The notes under the pieces are model-generated. The model was not told where the DNA came from and made no database searches. It was given only the letters and a program-made list of their open reading frames with translations. Below, piece by piece: positions 8,872 through 18,493 of a stretch of 64,000 nt of DNA. The position numbers and the translations under genes were made by a program. Numbering within the stretch: position 1 is the first letter of the stretch; every line of letters starts with the position of its first letter. This DNA comes from Candidatus Poseidoniaceae archaeon (GTDB lineage Archaea; Thermoplasmatota; Poseidoniia; Poseidoniales; Poseidoniaceae): positions 1,030-65,029 of the forward strand of contig CASICQ010000007.1 of the NCBI GenBank assembly GCA_949373235.1. The letters run 5' to 3'.

Positions 8872-11542
8872 ACAGTTCAGTGATGTCCTTGCGCTCGGTT
8901 GACACACCGAACGCTTCTTGCGCCTTGGCGTAAACTGCTCCATCGATGGTGCCTTCTCGAACAAGGGAGGAAAGGGCTGCAAGCGCAATTGCCTTGCCGT
9001 CGATTTCGAAGAAGCGACGAAGCGCTTCTCGAGTGTCTGAACGCCCAAAGCCATCGGTACCGAGCACGGTGAAATGCCCACCGACCCACTGTCGAATCAT
9101 GTCGGGCACAGCCGCCATGTTGTCTGAAACTGCGATGACTGGAACGGTGGCCTTGCCAAGCAGTTGCTCAACCCAGGGCTTCTTTGCCTCTTCAGTAGGG
9201 TGAAGGCGGTTGTATCGATCGCAAGCCAGACCTTCTCGACGCAACTCACCGTATGAAGTTGCAGAGTAAATTTCAGCGCGCACGCCCACCGCTTGGAGCT
9301 TCTCAACCGCATCGAGCACCTGGACCATGATTGGACCAGAGCCAATCAAACGAACGATTGGCCCGTCGCCCTTTGGTGCGCCTCGAAGCAGGTAAATACC
9401 GCGAACAATGCCTTCGTCGACGCCTTCTGGCTTCGGCGGCATTGGGTAATTCTCATTGTAAACCGCCACGTAGTGAATGACGTCCTTGTCTTGACCATAC
9501 ATCTCATCGATGCCGTGGCGGATGATGGTGGCCAATTCGTAAGCGAACGCAGGATCCCATGCTCGCACAGCAGGGTTGGTGTGGGCCATCAACAGGGAAT
9601 GGCCGTCTTGGTGTTGCAAGCCTTCTCCGTTGAGGGTGGTGCGCCCGGAGGTTGCACCCATCAGGAATCCACGGGCTCGCTGATCGGCTGCCGACCAAAT
9701 GAGGTCAGCCACGCGCTGGAACCCGAACATCGAGTAGAAGGTGTAGAACGGTACGGTTGGGTAGTGGTGGGTGGCAAACGATGTCGCTGAAGCGATGAAC
9801 GTCGAGGTGGCTCCTGCTTCATTGATCCCTTCTTCCAAAAGTTGGCCCTTAGCGGATTCCTTGTACTTCATCAGCACCTTGTGATCAACCGGCTTGTACA
9901 ACTGGCCTTCTGGGTGGTAAATGCCGAACTCTGCAAACAGTGGATCCATACCGAAGGTTCTCGCTTCGTCTGGAATGATTGGAACAATGCGCTCGCCAAA
10001 GCCCTTGTCCTTCATCAGGGCGCGCAAAATACGCACAAAGGCCATCGTTGTGGAAACTTGCATTTTTCCTTTGGTGCCTTCATCGAATTCGCCATACGTG
10101 GCTGCATCTGGCAACGTCAGGTCAAACTTGGGCACCGTGCGGGTTGGCATGAAACCGTCCATTGCAACTCTGCGCTCTTTGGCGTAGGCCACAAGTTCTG
10201 GAACGTCTTCAGGCATCACGTAAGGGTAGGCTTCCAATTCTTCATCGGAGAACGGTAGGCCGAGATCGTCGCGCATGTATTGCATGCTTACCATGTCGGC
10301 TTTCTTCTTCTGGTGTGTGGTGTTACGGCCGGCGAAAGCAGGACCGAGCCCGTACCCCTTGATGGTCCGCATCAGCACAACGGTTGGTTGGCCTTTGTGA
10401 GCGGTTGCCTGAGCGTAGGCTGCGTGGAGTTTGAGGAAATCATGCCCGCCGACATCTGCACACAGGTCAACGAGTTCATCATCGCTCAAGTGCGCTACCA
10501 AAGCAGCAAGGCCTTCCGAATTGAACAATTCCTTGCGGATGATTTCTCCATCAGCGGTCATAATGCGCTGCTCATCGCCGTCAACCAGCGAGTCGAGGCG
10601 TGAGGCAAGCAAACCGTGAGTGTCTCGGGCGAATAAATCGTCCCAACTGCTGCCCCACAGCACCTTGATGACGTTCCAGCCAGAACCGCGGAAGCGGCCT
10701 TCGAGTTCTTGGACAATCTTTGAGTTGCCCCGAACAGGTCCGTCAAGGCGCTGCAAGTTGCAGTTCATGGTCATCACGATGTTATCGAGGCCTTCTCGAC
10801 CAGCGAGCGAAAGTTGGGAAAGTGATTCAGGCTCGTCTGACTCGCCATCGCCCATGGTGTACCACACGCGTGAATTTGCCGTTGAAACGAGTCCACGGTC
10901 TTCGAGGTAGCGATTGAAGCGAGCTTGATGAATGGCCGTCATCGCCCCGAGGCCCATGCTGACGGATGGAAATTCCCAGAAGTCTGGCATCAAACGAGGA
11001 TGCGGGTACGAAGACAGACCGTTGCCACCGGTCTCTTGGCGAAAAGATTCCATTTGCTCGTGCGTCAATCGCCCTTCGAGCCAGGCTCGGGCGTAAATGC
11101 CAGGTGAAGCATGACCTTGCCAATACAAGTGATCGCCTTGGCCCGCGCCATCTTTGCCACGGAAGAAATGGTTGAAACCGATTTCCCAAGCGTGAGAAGC
11201 TGAAGCGTAGGTGGAAATGTGCCCACCAATGCCATCGAAGTTCTTGTTGCCTCGAGTCACAACCATCATTGCGTTCCAACGATTGACGCCGTTCAAGCGA
11301 GTTTCCAAATCCAAATCACCCGGATAAGTGCCTTGCTGGTCTGGATGAAGCGTGTTCATGTAAGGGGTGTTGACAACATCAATCTCGACGCCAGCATCTC
11401 GTGCAGCATCAACAGTGGAGAGCAACAAACGGCGGGCTTCTTCTTCCCCAATTTGGTCGCGGACGGCCAAAATTGAATCGACCCATTCCTGTGTCGCCAC
11501 AGGGTCTGGGTCCGGCAGCGTACCCCGAACACCAAAGCGCAT
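8870..11542 (-). CDS. aceE: Pyruvate dehydrogenase E1, homodimeric AceE type
   Basis: GGHISTYAS, QGHASPGIYARA, GLSSYPHP, TPP motif GDGE...N, NLQRLDGPV, GRTTLNGEGLQHQDG; start placed at MRFGV after an AAGGAGG Shine-Dalgarno. Confidence 0.95.
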   Translation of the reverse strand: MRFGVRGTLPDPDPVATQEWVDSILAVRDQIGEEEARRLLLSTVDAARDAGVEIDVVNTPYMNTLHPDQQGTYPGDLDLETRLNGVNRWNAMMVVTRGNKNFDGIGGHISTYASASHAWEIGFNHFFRGKDGAGQGDHLYWQGHASPGIYARAWLEGRLTHEQMESFRQETGGNGLSSYPHPRLMPDFWEFPSVSMGLGAMTAIHQARFNRYLEDRGLVSTANSRVWYTMGDGESDEPESLSQLSLAGREGLDNIVMTMNCNLQRLDGPVRGNSKIVQELEGRFRGSGWNVIKVLWGSSWDDLFARDTHGLLASRLDSLVDGDEQRIMTADGEIIRKELFNSEGLAALVAHLSDDELVDLCADVGGHDFLKLHAAYAQATAHKGQPTVVLMRTIKGYGLGPAFAGRNTTHQKKKADMVSMQYMRDDLGLPFSDEELEAYPYVMPEDVPELVAYAKERRVAMDGFMPTRTVPKFDLTLPDAATYGEFDEGTKGKMQVSTTMAFVRILRALMKDKGFGERIVPIIPDEARTFGMDPLFAEFGIYHPEGQLYKPVDHKVLMKYKESAKGQLLEEGINEAGATSTFIASATSFATHHYPTVPFYTFYSMFGFQRVADLIWSAADQRARGFLMGATSGRTTLNGEGLQHQDGHSLLMAHTNPAVRAWDPAFAYELATIIRHGIDEMYGQDKDVIHYVAVYNENYPMPPKPEGVDEGIVRGIYLLRGAPKGDGPIVRLIGSGPIMVQVLDAVEKLQAVGVRAEIYSATSYGELRREGLACDRYNRLHPTEEAKKPWVEQLLGKATVPVIAVSDNMAAVPDMIRQWVGGHFTVLGTDGFGRSDTREALRRFFEIDGKAIALAALSSLVREGTIDGAVYAKAQEAFGVSTERKDITEL

Positions 11543-11737
11543 CTCATGACCCTCCTTGTGGAGGCCTCCAACCTCGGGGCTTTCAACCCCTCGCTTGCGT
11601 CGCGTCGCAAAAAAAGAGCCCGCGGGGATAAAAGGCGCCTGAAAATAGCGTTCGGCTCGCAATACCTCGATTCCTGACGCTTGTTTTCAAGGAATACCTG
11701 CAGAAGAGATAAAGACCGAAGGGGCAGGGCGGGAGGT

Positions 11738-11917
11738 ATGTCCGTCGAGGCTATGGTAAACATGATGATTGAAGATTTGAACGCCGCTCTTGCTGATGCT
11801 GTGAAGCACGACAAGGGCAACGCAGCCGCAGGCACCCGTGTCCGCAAGGCTATGCAAGCCGCAAAGGCTGCCGCACAAGATGTGCGAGCCAAGGTCCAAG
11901 ATGACAAGAACGCTTGA
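11738..11917 (+). CDS. Histone H1-like Hc1 family small protein
   Basis: DAVKHDKGNAAAGTRVRKAMQ matches the Hc1 signature KGNxAAGTRxRK; GGAGGT SD immediately upstream. Confidence 0.85.
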   Translation: MSVEAMVNMMIEDLNAALADAVKHDKGNAAAGTRVRKAMQAAKAAAQDVRAKVQDDKNA

Positions 11918-11919
11918 GG

Positions 11920-13389
11920 TCAAGTGCGCGTTAATACGCGCCACTCGCCCCCGCCGTTGAGAAGATCTGCTTCTCCGCTTGATTCAACACTCCACCCAGT
12001 GGGAACATTGTTGACTTCAGGCGAGAGCACGATCACCGTAACTTGCGGCATGTTCTGATTCAAATCCTCAACCCAGTTGACGTCCACCGATCGCCAATGA
12101 CCAGTGATGTTGTTGGCTTCAGCGTCAAGCGGTTCGTAGAAGGTATAGAGCCAATGCATTCCAAGCGTCGCTTCTGAAACAAAGAGGAAGTGATCGCCCT
12201 GTTCAACGGGCATAACTTCCGCTGCTTCGTCTGTCCACATCGTTTGTCCGTGGACGCTTGCCAGAAGGGCGACCGGCATCAACAACGCAAGCCCAATCGC
12301 AATTGCTTTCAGTCGCCCATCAGGTGATTCAAGGGTCGGTATATTCGCTTCTCTTTGGAGATGCTTGAGCAACAGCACGCACGGAATGAACAGCAGCGTC
12401 ACATAGCGCCCGTTGTTGCCCATGGTCCAGACGATCCCCGGCCAAGGTGAGCCCCACAGCACTGATTCAAACGTCCAAAGCGCCGCAATGTAAAACACGA
12501 TGGCGGTTAATGCGGCGGAAATCATAGCCGTCATCGTTGCAACGGTGGCGTTTTCCACAGCCTTCAAGGCCCGAACAGCCGGGCCAATCAGTGGCCACAG
12601 CACCATGCCGAACAGCATGAAGAGGCCAACCGCATCGATGAGCGCGAACAGAAGCGAAGCGGTGTACTTCAGGGGTTCATCGACCATGATGGCTAATGTT
12701 GAAGACAACGAAAAGCCTCCGAGGGTGAGCATCAACAAGCTTGTCGCACCTGCTGCTACAGACCCCGCAACAAAGGGTTGCTTGGTCCAAATAAATCGCG
12801 GTGAGGCGTGCTCTTGCATCATGTTCCAACTGCTTCCAGTCGCACCAAGCAGCGCCCCCAGGGCAAGAACGCTTGAGGGTTCAGCCATGCCTTTGGCGTA
12901 AGGGATGCACATCAACAACAAGCCCCCGACCATGTTTTGGACAACACGGGTTTTTTCAGACCACAGGCCAGTGAATAGGCCAAAGGATAGGGCAAACAAT
13001 GCAGCGAAGTAGACCTCTTCATAGCCACGCCCGATTGAAAAAATCAACGCAGGTGAAAGCGAAAGAACGGTTGCGGAACGAAGTCCAACGGTCGAGAAGA
13101 CAAAGGCGACAAGTCCGAAGAAAACCACGAGTGCTAGCCCCTTGATTGCGGCTTCAGAACCGGAATAGATTGGCAGCACTGTGCGTTCACCGCCGTCGTT
13201 TGGATCGCTAAAACCGGATTCCTCAGGGCGCAAATCACCCCACGGCAGGGCTCCCGAATCATCAACGGCCATTTTGACATGGGTGTCAAGCCCTAAATCG
13301 CTTGTAAAGCAAACAAGAAGGTTCAGAAGAAGCCCGAGAACGAGCAAACCTTTCCAGGTGCGTTCATGTTCCAAATCAAACAGCACCAT
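11920..13389 (-). CDS. Multi-pass membrane protein (possible GT-C glycosyltransferase-like)
   Basis: Many TM segments, NNGRY loop motif, soluble C-terminal domain. Confidence 0.65.
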   Translation of the reverse strand: MVLFDLEHERTWKGLLVLGLLLNLLVCFTSDLGLDTHVKMAVDDSGALPWGDLRPEESGFSDPNDGGERTVLPIYSGSEAAIKGLALVVFFGLVAFVFSTVGLRSATVLSLSPALIFSIGRGYEEVYFAALFALSFGLFTGLWSEKTRVVQNMVGGLLLMCIPYAKGMAEPSSVLALGALLGATGSSWNMMQEHASPRFIWTKQPFVAGSVAAGATSLLMLTLGGFSLSSTLAIMVDEPLKYTASLLFALIDAVGLFMLFGMVLWPLIGPAVRALKAVENATVATMTAMISAALTAIVFYIAALWTFESVLWGSPWPGIVWTMGNNGRYVTLLFIPCVLLLKHLQREANIPTLESPDGRLKAIAIGLALLMPVALLASVHGQTMWTDEAAEVMPVEQGDHFLFVSEATLGMHWLYTFYEPLDAEANNITGHWRSVDVNWVEDLNQNMPQVTVIVLSPEVNNVPTGWSVESSGEADLLNGGGEWRVLTRT

Positions 13390-13441
13390 GAGCGGTGGTT
13401 ACGGGGGTGGGGTTCAACCCTTTCGGACACTTCGCCCCACC

Positions 13442-14482
13442 ATGAGCGGAATTTTGCAGGGTATCAAAGTCGTCGATGTGTCGAGGATTCTTGCTGGACC
13501 ATACGCCACGCAAATGCTGGCTGATCTGGGCGCGGATGTGATCAAAATCGAAGCACCATGGGGCGATGACACGCGCCGTTGGGGCCCCCCTTTCACTCAG
13601 GGGTTCGATGGCAAACAGGTCGCAGCGTACTTTCTTTCCTGCAACCGCAACAAAACAATCGTCAATTTCGACCTCAAGCAGGATGCGGAATCCGTTCAAG
13701 CCATGATTGAAACGGCCGATGTCGTTGTTGAGAACTTCAAACCCGGAACCCTCGAACGCCTGCTCGGACCAATCCCCGACCACGTGATTGTGTGTTCAAT
13801 ATCGGCCTACGGTGCAACGGGGCCTCGCCGCGACGAACCAGGGTATGATGTGGCGTTGCAAGCACGATCTGGGATCATGAGCATCACCGGAGAGGCTCAG
13901 GGCGCACCGGTCAAGGTCGGTGTGGCTTGGATTGATGTCATCACGGGGCTCAATGCAGCCAACGCTATTCTGGCTGCTCTGTACAAGAAAGAGAGAACGG
14001 GTAAAGCAACTCACATCGACATCTCCCTGTGGGATTGTGCCATCGCTGCGCTTGTCAATCAGGCGCACAACGCCATGGCCAGCAATGAGAACCCGGTTGC
14101 GATGGGGTCAGCTCATCCAAACCTCGTGCCCTATCGGGCCTTTGAAGCAGCAGACGGTTGGTTTGTGCTTGGCGTTGGTTCTGACGCACAGTGGGAAACC
14201 GTTGTTGAGCGGCTTGAACTTTCGGAACCAGCAAAGAACCCTGACTGGGCAACCAACAAAGGGCGCGTCATCGACAGGAAGGCCGTCGAAACGTGCGTCG
14301 CAACGGCGATTGCTCGACTCGACCGTTCAGAATTAGAAGAGGTGCTTACCGGCGTGCCTTGCGCTCCTGTCAACACCGTGTTGGAAGCGTTAGCAGACCC
14401 ACAGAGCGTCGCCCGCGGCGCGATTGCACAGCATATGGGCGTTGATGTGTTGGCAAGCCCTCTGCGCTTTATGAGCGATTAA
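13442..14482 (+). CDS. CoA transferase family III (CaiB/BaiF)
   Basis: SRILAGPYATQMLADLGADVIKIE, NRNK, DVVVENFKPG, PGYD. Confidence 0.95.
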   Translation: MSGILQGIKVVDVSRILAGPYATQMLADLGADVIKIEAPWGDDTRRWGPPFTQGFDGKQVAAYFLSCNRNKTIVNFDLKQDAESVQAMIETADVVVENFKPGTLERLLGPIPDHVIVCSISAYGATGPRRDEPGYDVALQARSGIMSITGEAQGAPVKVGVAWIDVITGLNAANAILAALYKKERTGKATHIDISLWDCAIAALVNQAHNAMASNENPVAMGSAHPNLVPYRAFEAADGWFVLGVGSDAQWETVVERLELSEPAKNPDWATNKGRVIDRKAVETCVATAIARLDRSELEEVLTGVPCAPVNTVLEALADPQSVARGAIAQHMGVDVLASPLRFMSD

Positions 14483-15507
14483 AACGAGAACAAGGACGTT
14501 TGCCCGCCTTCTCGAATCAACCCGACTTCGCGCAACTTCTCGAAGGCGTTGTCCATACGTCGTTGACTGAATTGGCGTTCGACTTGAAGGAACTGTATCA
14601 GGCCCTTCGTGTCCACCTGCCCCGGTTCAAGGTCGGCGTCTGCGACTTCGTGAGCGGGATGGTCATGGAAGATGGACCGGATTTCATCGAGCCGCTCAGG
14701 GACTTCTTTTTCTTTGACTTCACAGATCGCTTCGATGGTCCCGTGAGCCTTGATCAGCTTCATGCCCGTTTTGGGACCTATGCCCTTGATGCCAGGATGG
14801 AAATCAGTTCCAATCATAATGGCCAAGTCAATCAGTTGTTCTCGGGACAGGCCGTTCTCGTCAAGCACTTCATCCAAGATGATTTTTTGCGCCTTCACCA
14901 CGCGACCGTGTTGCTTTGATCCGTGGCTCATCAAGTTGCGAACAAGCAGCGGAGTTCCGTAGAGTAAGGCGTCCCAATCTTGAGTGGCGACCACATCCAG
15001 TTGGCCTTTTGCCGCCATGACCGCTGCTTGACCTTCGCCCTCTGCTTTGGCGTCAACCCAAGGCACACCGAGCAAATCGAGCAGTTGTTTGGTTTCAGCG
15101 ACCATCTCAGGAGAATAGTGCATGATGCGCGAGGCCATTTTTTGCGCCAATGGGAAATCCCCTGCTGCCAAGGCTTCCTTGTGCACGCGCTCTGCTTCAA
15201 GGCGACGGGCTTTGCGAGAGGCGATTTCATCCGCTTTGAGTTCCGGTGCTGTGCCGTCAAAGACATAGACGGGCTTAATTCCGGCTGCCAAAAGAGTCGT
15301 TGTGCGGTTGAGAAATCCCATCAAGTGCGAGACGACCTTGCCGTTCTCGGCTCGTAGCGGCCCCCCATCGCCTTGTGGCGATCGGTCCCGCATCGTGGTG
15401 AGGAATTGAAAGGCGGTAAGAAAAGCATCAACACCGACTCGTTTTCCCGCAAGACTGTTGAGATCGATGGTCTCAGGTGACGTGAGGTCTCGAAGGTTGC
15501 AGCCCAT
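14479..15507 (-). CDS. fen: Flap endonuclease 1
   Basis: MGCNL start, VYVFDG, AEGEGQAA, TQDWDALLYG, GTDFHPGIKGIGPKT, C-terminal PIP box QTSLFSF. Confidence 0.95.
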   Translation of the reverse strand: MGCNLRDLTSPETIDLNSLAGKRVGVDAFLTAFQFLTTMRDRSPQGDGGPLRAENGKVVSHLMGFLNRTTTLLAAGIKPVYVFDGTAPELKADEIASRKARRLEAERVHKEALAAGDFPLAQKMASRIMHYSPEMVAETKQLLDLLGVPWVDAKAEGEGQAAVMAAKGQLDVVATQDWDALLYGTPLLVRNLMSHGSKQHGRVVKAQKIILDEVLDENGLSREQLIDLAIMIGTDFHPGIKGIGPKTGMKLIKAHGTIEAICEVKEKEVPERLDEIRSIFHDHPAHEVADADLEPGQVDTKGLIQFLQVERQFSQRRMDNAFEKLREVGLIREGGQTSLFSF

Positions 15508-15582
15508 GAAGTTCACATTCGCTTCGGGTATGTGGTTGTTCCCATGCGAACCCGTCAAGAAGTCGGGGCGCAAGCGCTTGAC

Positions 15583-16740
15583 ATGGCGAGGCATGTAGCG
15601 TGTTTACGCGGATGGCATCCTGCGCTTGGTCGTGCTGAGATCGCCGCATTGTTGCCCATGCTCGAAACAGAGCGGCTGAACGGGCGGCGTTTGGTTGGTT
15701 TAACGGGCGATGCGTCCATGGATGACCTCGCCGCTGCTGTTGAAGTTTCCAGTGGATGTCAAGCGATCCTCTGCCACGCAATCGTGTGGGATCACCAACA
15801 AAACCAATCCCTTGACGCTTTGATTGATTCCATTGTTGATCATCTTGGAGACCATGCCCGAACTGGAACCGTTGCGGTTCGCGCTTGGCGGCATGAAGGT
15901 CGAATCAAGGGCGTCAGTCCGAGCCAACTGGCTCAACGGATTGGTGGGCGACTGCACGACCAAGGGTACAGCATTGACTTGGAGACCCCAGAACACCGCT
16001 TTGGGGTGGTCATCGATGCAAGTTCAAACACCATTGTGTGCGGGTGGATGCTTGGGTACGGTGAACAATCGGATGGCTTGGCCGTGCGGAAAGCTGCAGA
16101 GCGCCCTTTTTTCAAACCGGTGAGCCTTGATCCGCGTTTGGCTCGATTGGCTGTGAACCTCGCCTCTGGGCCAGTAAAGACCGGGACAACGATTGATCTG
16201 ATGTGCGGCACAGGTGGCTTCTTGATTGAAGCGGCCCTTTCGAATCGGTCAGCCATTGGCATTGACCTCGACCAGGTGATGGTCGATGGCACCAACCAAA
16301 ACCTCGAATGGGCCTTAGCCGCTGAACATCAAGATGAGCACAAGGCATTGGTGCTGAAAGCCGATGCAACTTCGCTTGGTGAAATCCCCGCTATCGAAGC
16401 ACATCGAGTGGTTGGGTTCGTGCTTGATCCGCCTTATGGAAGGAACTCACAAGGGTCCCTCGAACCGCTGGCTCTGCTTGAACAGGTGCTGTTGAGTGCC
16501 AGCAGTGTTGCCCATCAACAAGCAGGCCTGGTGTTGATTCTCCCCATGCACCCGATGGGTGAGCACCCCAATGAAGAACTGCAAGATGGAGTGGAAGTAA
16601 ATTTGTTGCACGGCGAATGGAAGGACGTCCAACGGGCCCTCCAAACATCACAATGGTCCATTCAAGGCCGTTGGGCTGAACACGTGCATGCAAGCCTCAG
16701 TCGACTCATACTTCACGCAACAGTTGCTCCTCAAGATTGA
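15583..16740 (+). CDS. THUMP-domain tRNA guanine-N2 methyltransferase (Trm11-like)
   Basis: RPFFKPVSLDPRLARLAVN, DLMCGTGG, DPPYGR, VHASLSR. Confidence 0.85.
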   Translation: MARHVACLRGWHPALGRAEIAALLPMLETERLNGRRLVGLTGDASMDDLAAAVEVSSGCQAILCHAIVWDHQQNQSLDALIDSIVDHLGDHARTGTVAVRAWRHEGRIKGVSPSQLAQRIGGRLHDQGYSIDLETPEHRFGVVIDASSNTIVCGWMLGYGEQSDGLAVRKAAERPFFKPVSLDPRLARLAVNLASGPVKTGTTIDLMCGTGGFLIEAALSNRSAIGIDLDQVMVDGTNQNLEWALAAEHQDEHKALVLKADATSLGEIPAIEAHRVVGFVLDPPYGRNSQGSLEPLALLEQVLLSASSVAHQQAGLVLILPMHPMGEHPNEELQDGVEVNLLHGEWKDVQRALQTSQWSIQGRWAEHVHASLSRLILHATVAPQD

Positions 16741-17110
16741 GCAGGGTGATGGCGTCTTCTTCGGTCGGTTCTGGGAATTGTGAACGGTGAGGGCAGCCTT
16801 CGTCTAAGATTGCTTCATCCTCTTCATTCAACACGTTGGGGTAGGTCCGGCACCCTCGAGGGCGCACTTCGTAGACCGAACACATGCCTTCTGCATTGGC
16901 ATCGGAAGAAGCGGTTAACAAAAAGACACAAGCCCGAGTTGTCTCGTCGTTCAGCAGCGTCAACACCCCGTTGTTTTTCCAAGTGAAGGCATCAACATCG
17001 ATACCAGTTCTTCTTGAAAGCAGGGAAGCCTCTGCTTTTGTCAAGGGCATTGTGGTCTCTCTACAGCACGCCGAACAACCCGTCGGTATGCATGGAAGTG
17101 AGCGGCCCAT
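16706..17110 (-). CDS. YkgJ family cysteine-cluster protein
   Basis: CSACC...CVFL...CSVYEVRPRGCRTYP. Confidence 0.85.
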   Translation of the reverse strand: MGRSLPCIPTGCSACCRETTMPLTKAEASLLSRRTGIDVDAFTWKNNGVLTLLNDETTRACVFLLTASSDANAEGMCSVYEVRPRGCRTYPNVLNEEDEAILDEGCPHRSQFPEPTEEDAITLLNLEEQLLREV

Positions 17111-17166
17111 GTCCGTTGGAAACGACCCGCCTTATTCAAGAAGGGTGGCCAACTCGGGTGGAATAA

Positions 17167-17243
17167 GGGCGATTAGGGTAGCCTGGATATCCTGTCGGGC
17201 TTCGAACCCGACGACGCGGGTTCGAATCCTGCATCGCCCACCA
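17167..17243 (+). tRNA. tRNA-Arg(TCG), CCA encoded
   Basis: Acceptor stem GGGCGAT/ATCGCCC, anticodon arm TCGGG-CTTCGAA-CCCGA, T-loop GGTTCGAATCC. Confidence 0.92.
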
Positions 17244-17275
17244 GCACCCACGGCTTGCTTATGCCGTGCGCACAT

Positions 17276-18295
17276 TCAACGGGACCAGTGTTGAACCGTT
17301 TCTTGGCCCCATTGTTGATCTTCTCGTCGTGAAAGGCCAGCGGCGCTCAACGTGTTGTCGGCGAGGTTTGCCGCAACCGGCACCACGTGTTCCACTTCAC
17401 TTTGAACAAGGAAAAATTCGTCGACAAGACCTTGTTTGAGAAAGGCATGAACGGTCGAAGGTCCACCTTCAACAAGAACCCGCTGAACATCACGATCCCC
17501 AAGTTGATTCAACAGCGGCTTGAGGCCTCTGAAGGTTTCAGCCATGTGCAGCGTTTCATGCCCATCGTTGAGCAGGACTGCATCCGAGGGGATTCTGCCG
17601 TTCGGGTCGATGACGATGCGAAGCGGTTGGCGTTGTGCCTCAACGCGGCGAACCGTAAGCGAAGGGTCGTCCCTTGATACCGTCTCAGCGCCGACGAGAA
17701 CCGCATCGCAGTCCTGGCGCAGTTGATGAACTGCGTCGAGGCACCCCTCGGAAGTGAACCGCATGGGAGCACCTGAACGATCATCGACAGAACCGTTGCG
17801 ATCAACTGCAATCTTGACCGTCACCATTGGGCGACGATGTTCACACCAATGCATGAAAGCGCGCATTTGGGCACCAGCTTGCGCTTCGAGCAGCCCTTGA
17901 CGAACCGTGATCCCCGCTTGAACAAGCACTTCAATACCAGCACCGCGAACGGTCGGATTTGGGTCCAAATGGGCCACGATGACCTCCTTGATTCCCGCCC
18001 ACATCAACGCCTCAGTGCAGGGAGGTGTTCTGCCAAAGTGGTTGCAGGGTTCGAGCGTGACGTAGGCTGTGGCTCCGTTGGAGGAAAACCCGTTCTTTTC
18101 CGCATCGTGGATGGCCATTTGCTCAGCATGAAGACCACCAAGGTGATCATGCCAGCCTTCGGCAATGATGTTTCCATCTTTGACAAGAACACATCCAACA
18201 AGCGGATTCGGGCTCACTCGCCCCCTGCCCCGTTCGGCGACCTTCAGGGCTCGTTGCATGAACCCGTGTTCTTGGTCGCTCCACACCGTGGCCAT
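17276..18295 (-). CDS. ribD: Bifunctional riboflavin biosynthesis deaminase/reductase
   Basis: SPNPLVGCV, HAE, TLEPCNHFGRTPPC, DDPSLTVR, VEGG. Confidence 0.93.
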   Translation of the reverse strand: MATVWSDQEHGFMQRALKVAERGRGRVSPNPLVGCVLVKDGNIIAEGWHDHLGGLHAEQMAIHDAEKNGFSSNGATAYVTLEPCNHFGRTPPCTEALMWAGIKEVIVAHLDPNPTVRGAGIEVLVQAGITVRQGLLEAQAGAQMRAFMHWCEHRRPMVTVKIAVDRNGSVDDRSGAPMRFTSEGCLDAVHQLRQDCDAVLVGAETVSRDDPSLTVRRVEAQRQPLRIVIDPNGRIPSDAVLLNDGHETLHMAETFRGLKPLLNQLGDRDVQRVLVEGGPSTVHAFLKQGLVDEFFLVQSEVEHVVPVAANLADNTLSAAGLSRREDQQWGQETVQHWSR

Positions 18296-18493
18296 GCCCT
18301 GTCCACAGGGCTGGGGTTCAAGACATCTTGCATACTGGCAACGCCTCCACATCTGTAAAAAGGCCACTGCGCCAACACCAGGGTTTATAATTCCGAATTA
18401 TGCACAATGACTGAAAGATGACCCACTTTAAGTTGGGGCGCAAAAGGCAATCACCGGAGAAGGTTTCAAACGCTTGTTCGTTTTGTTGCCAGC

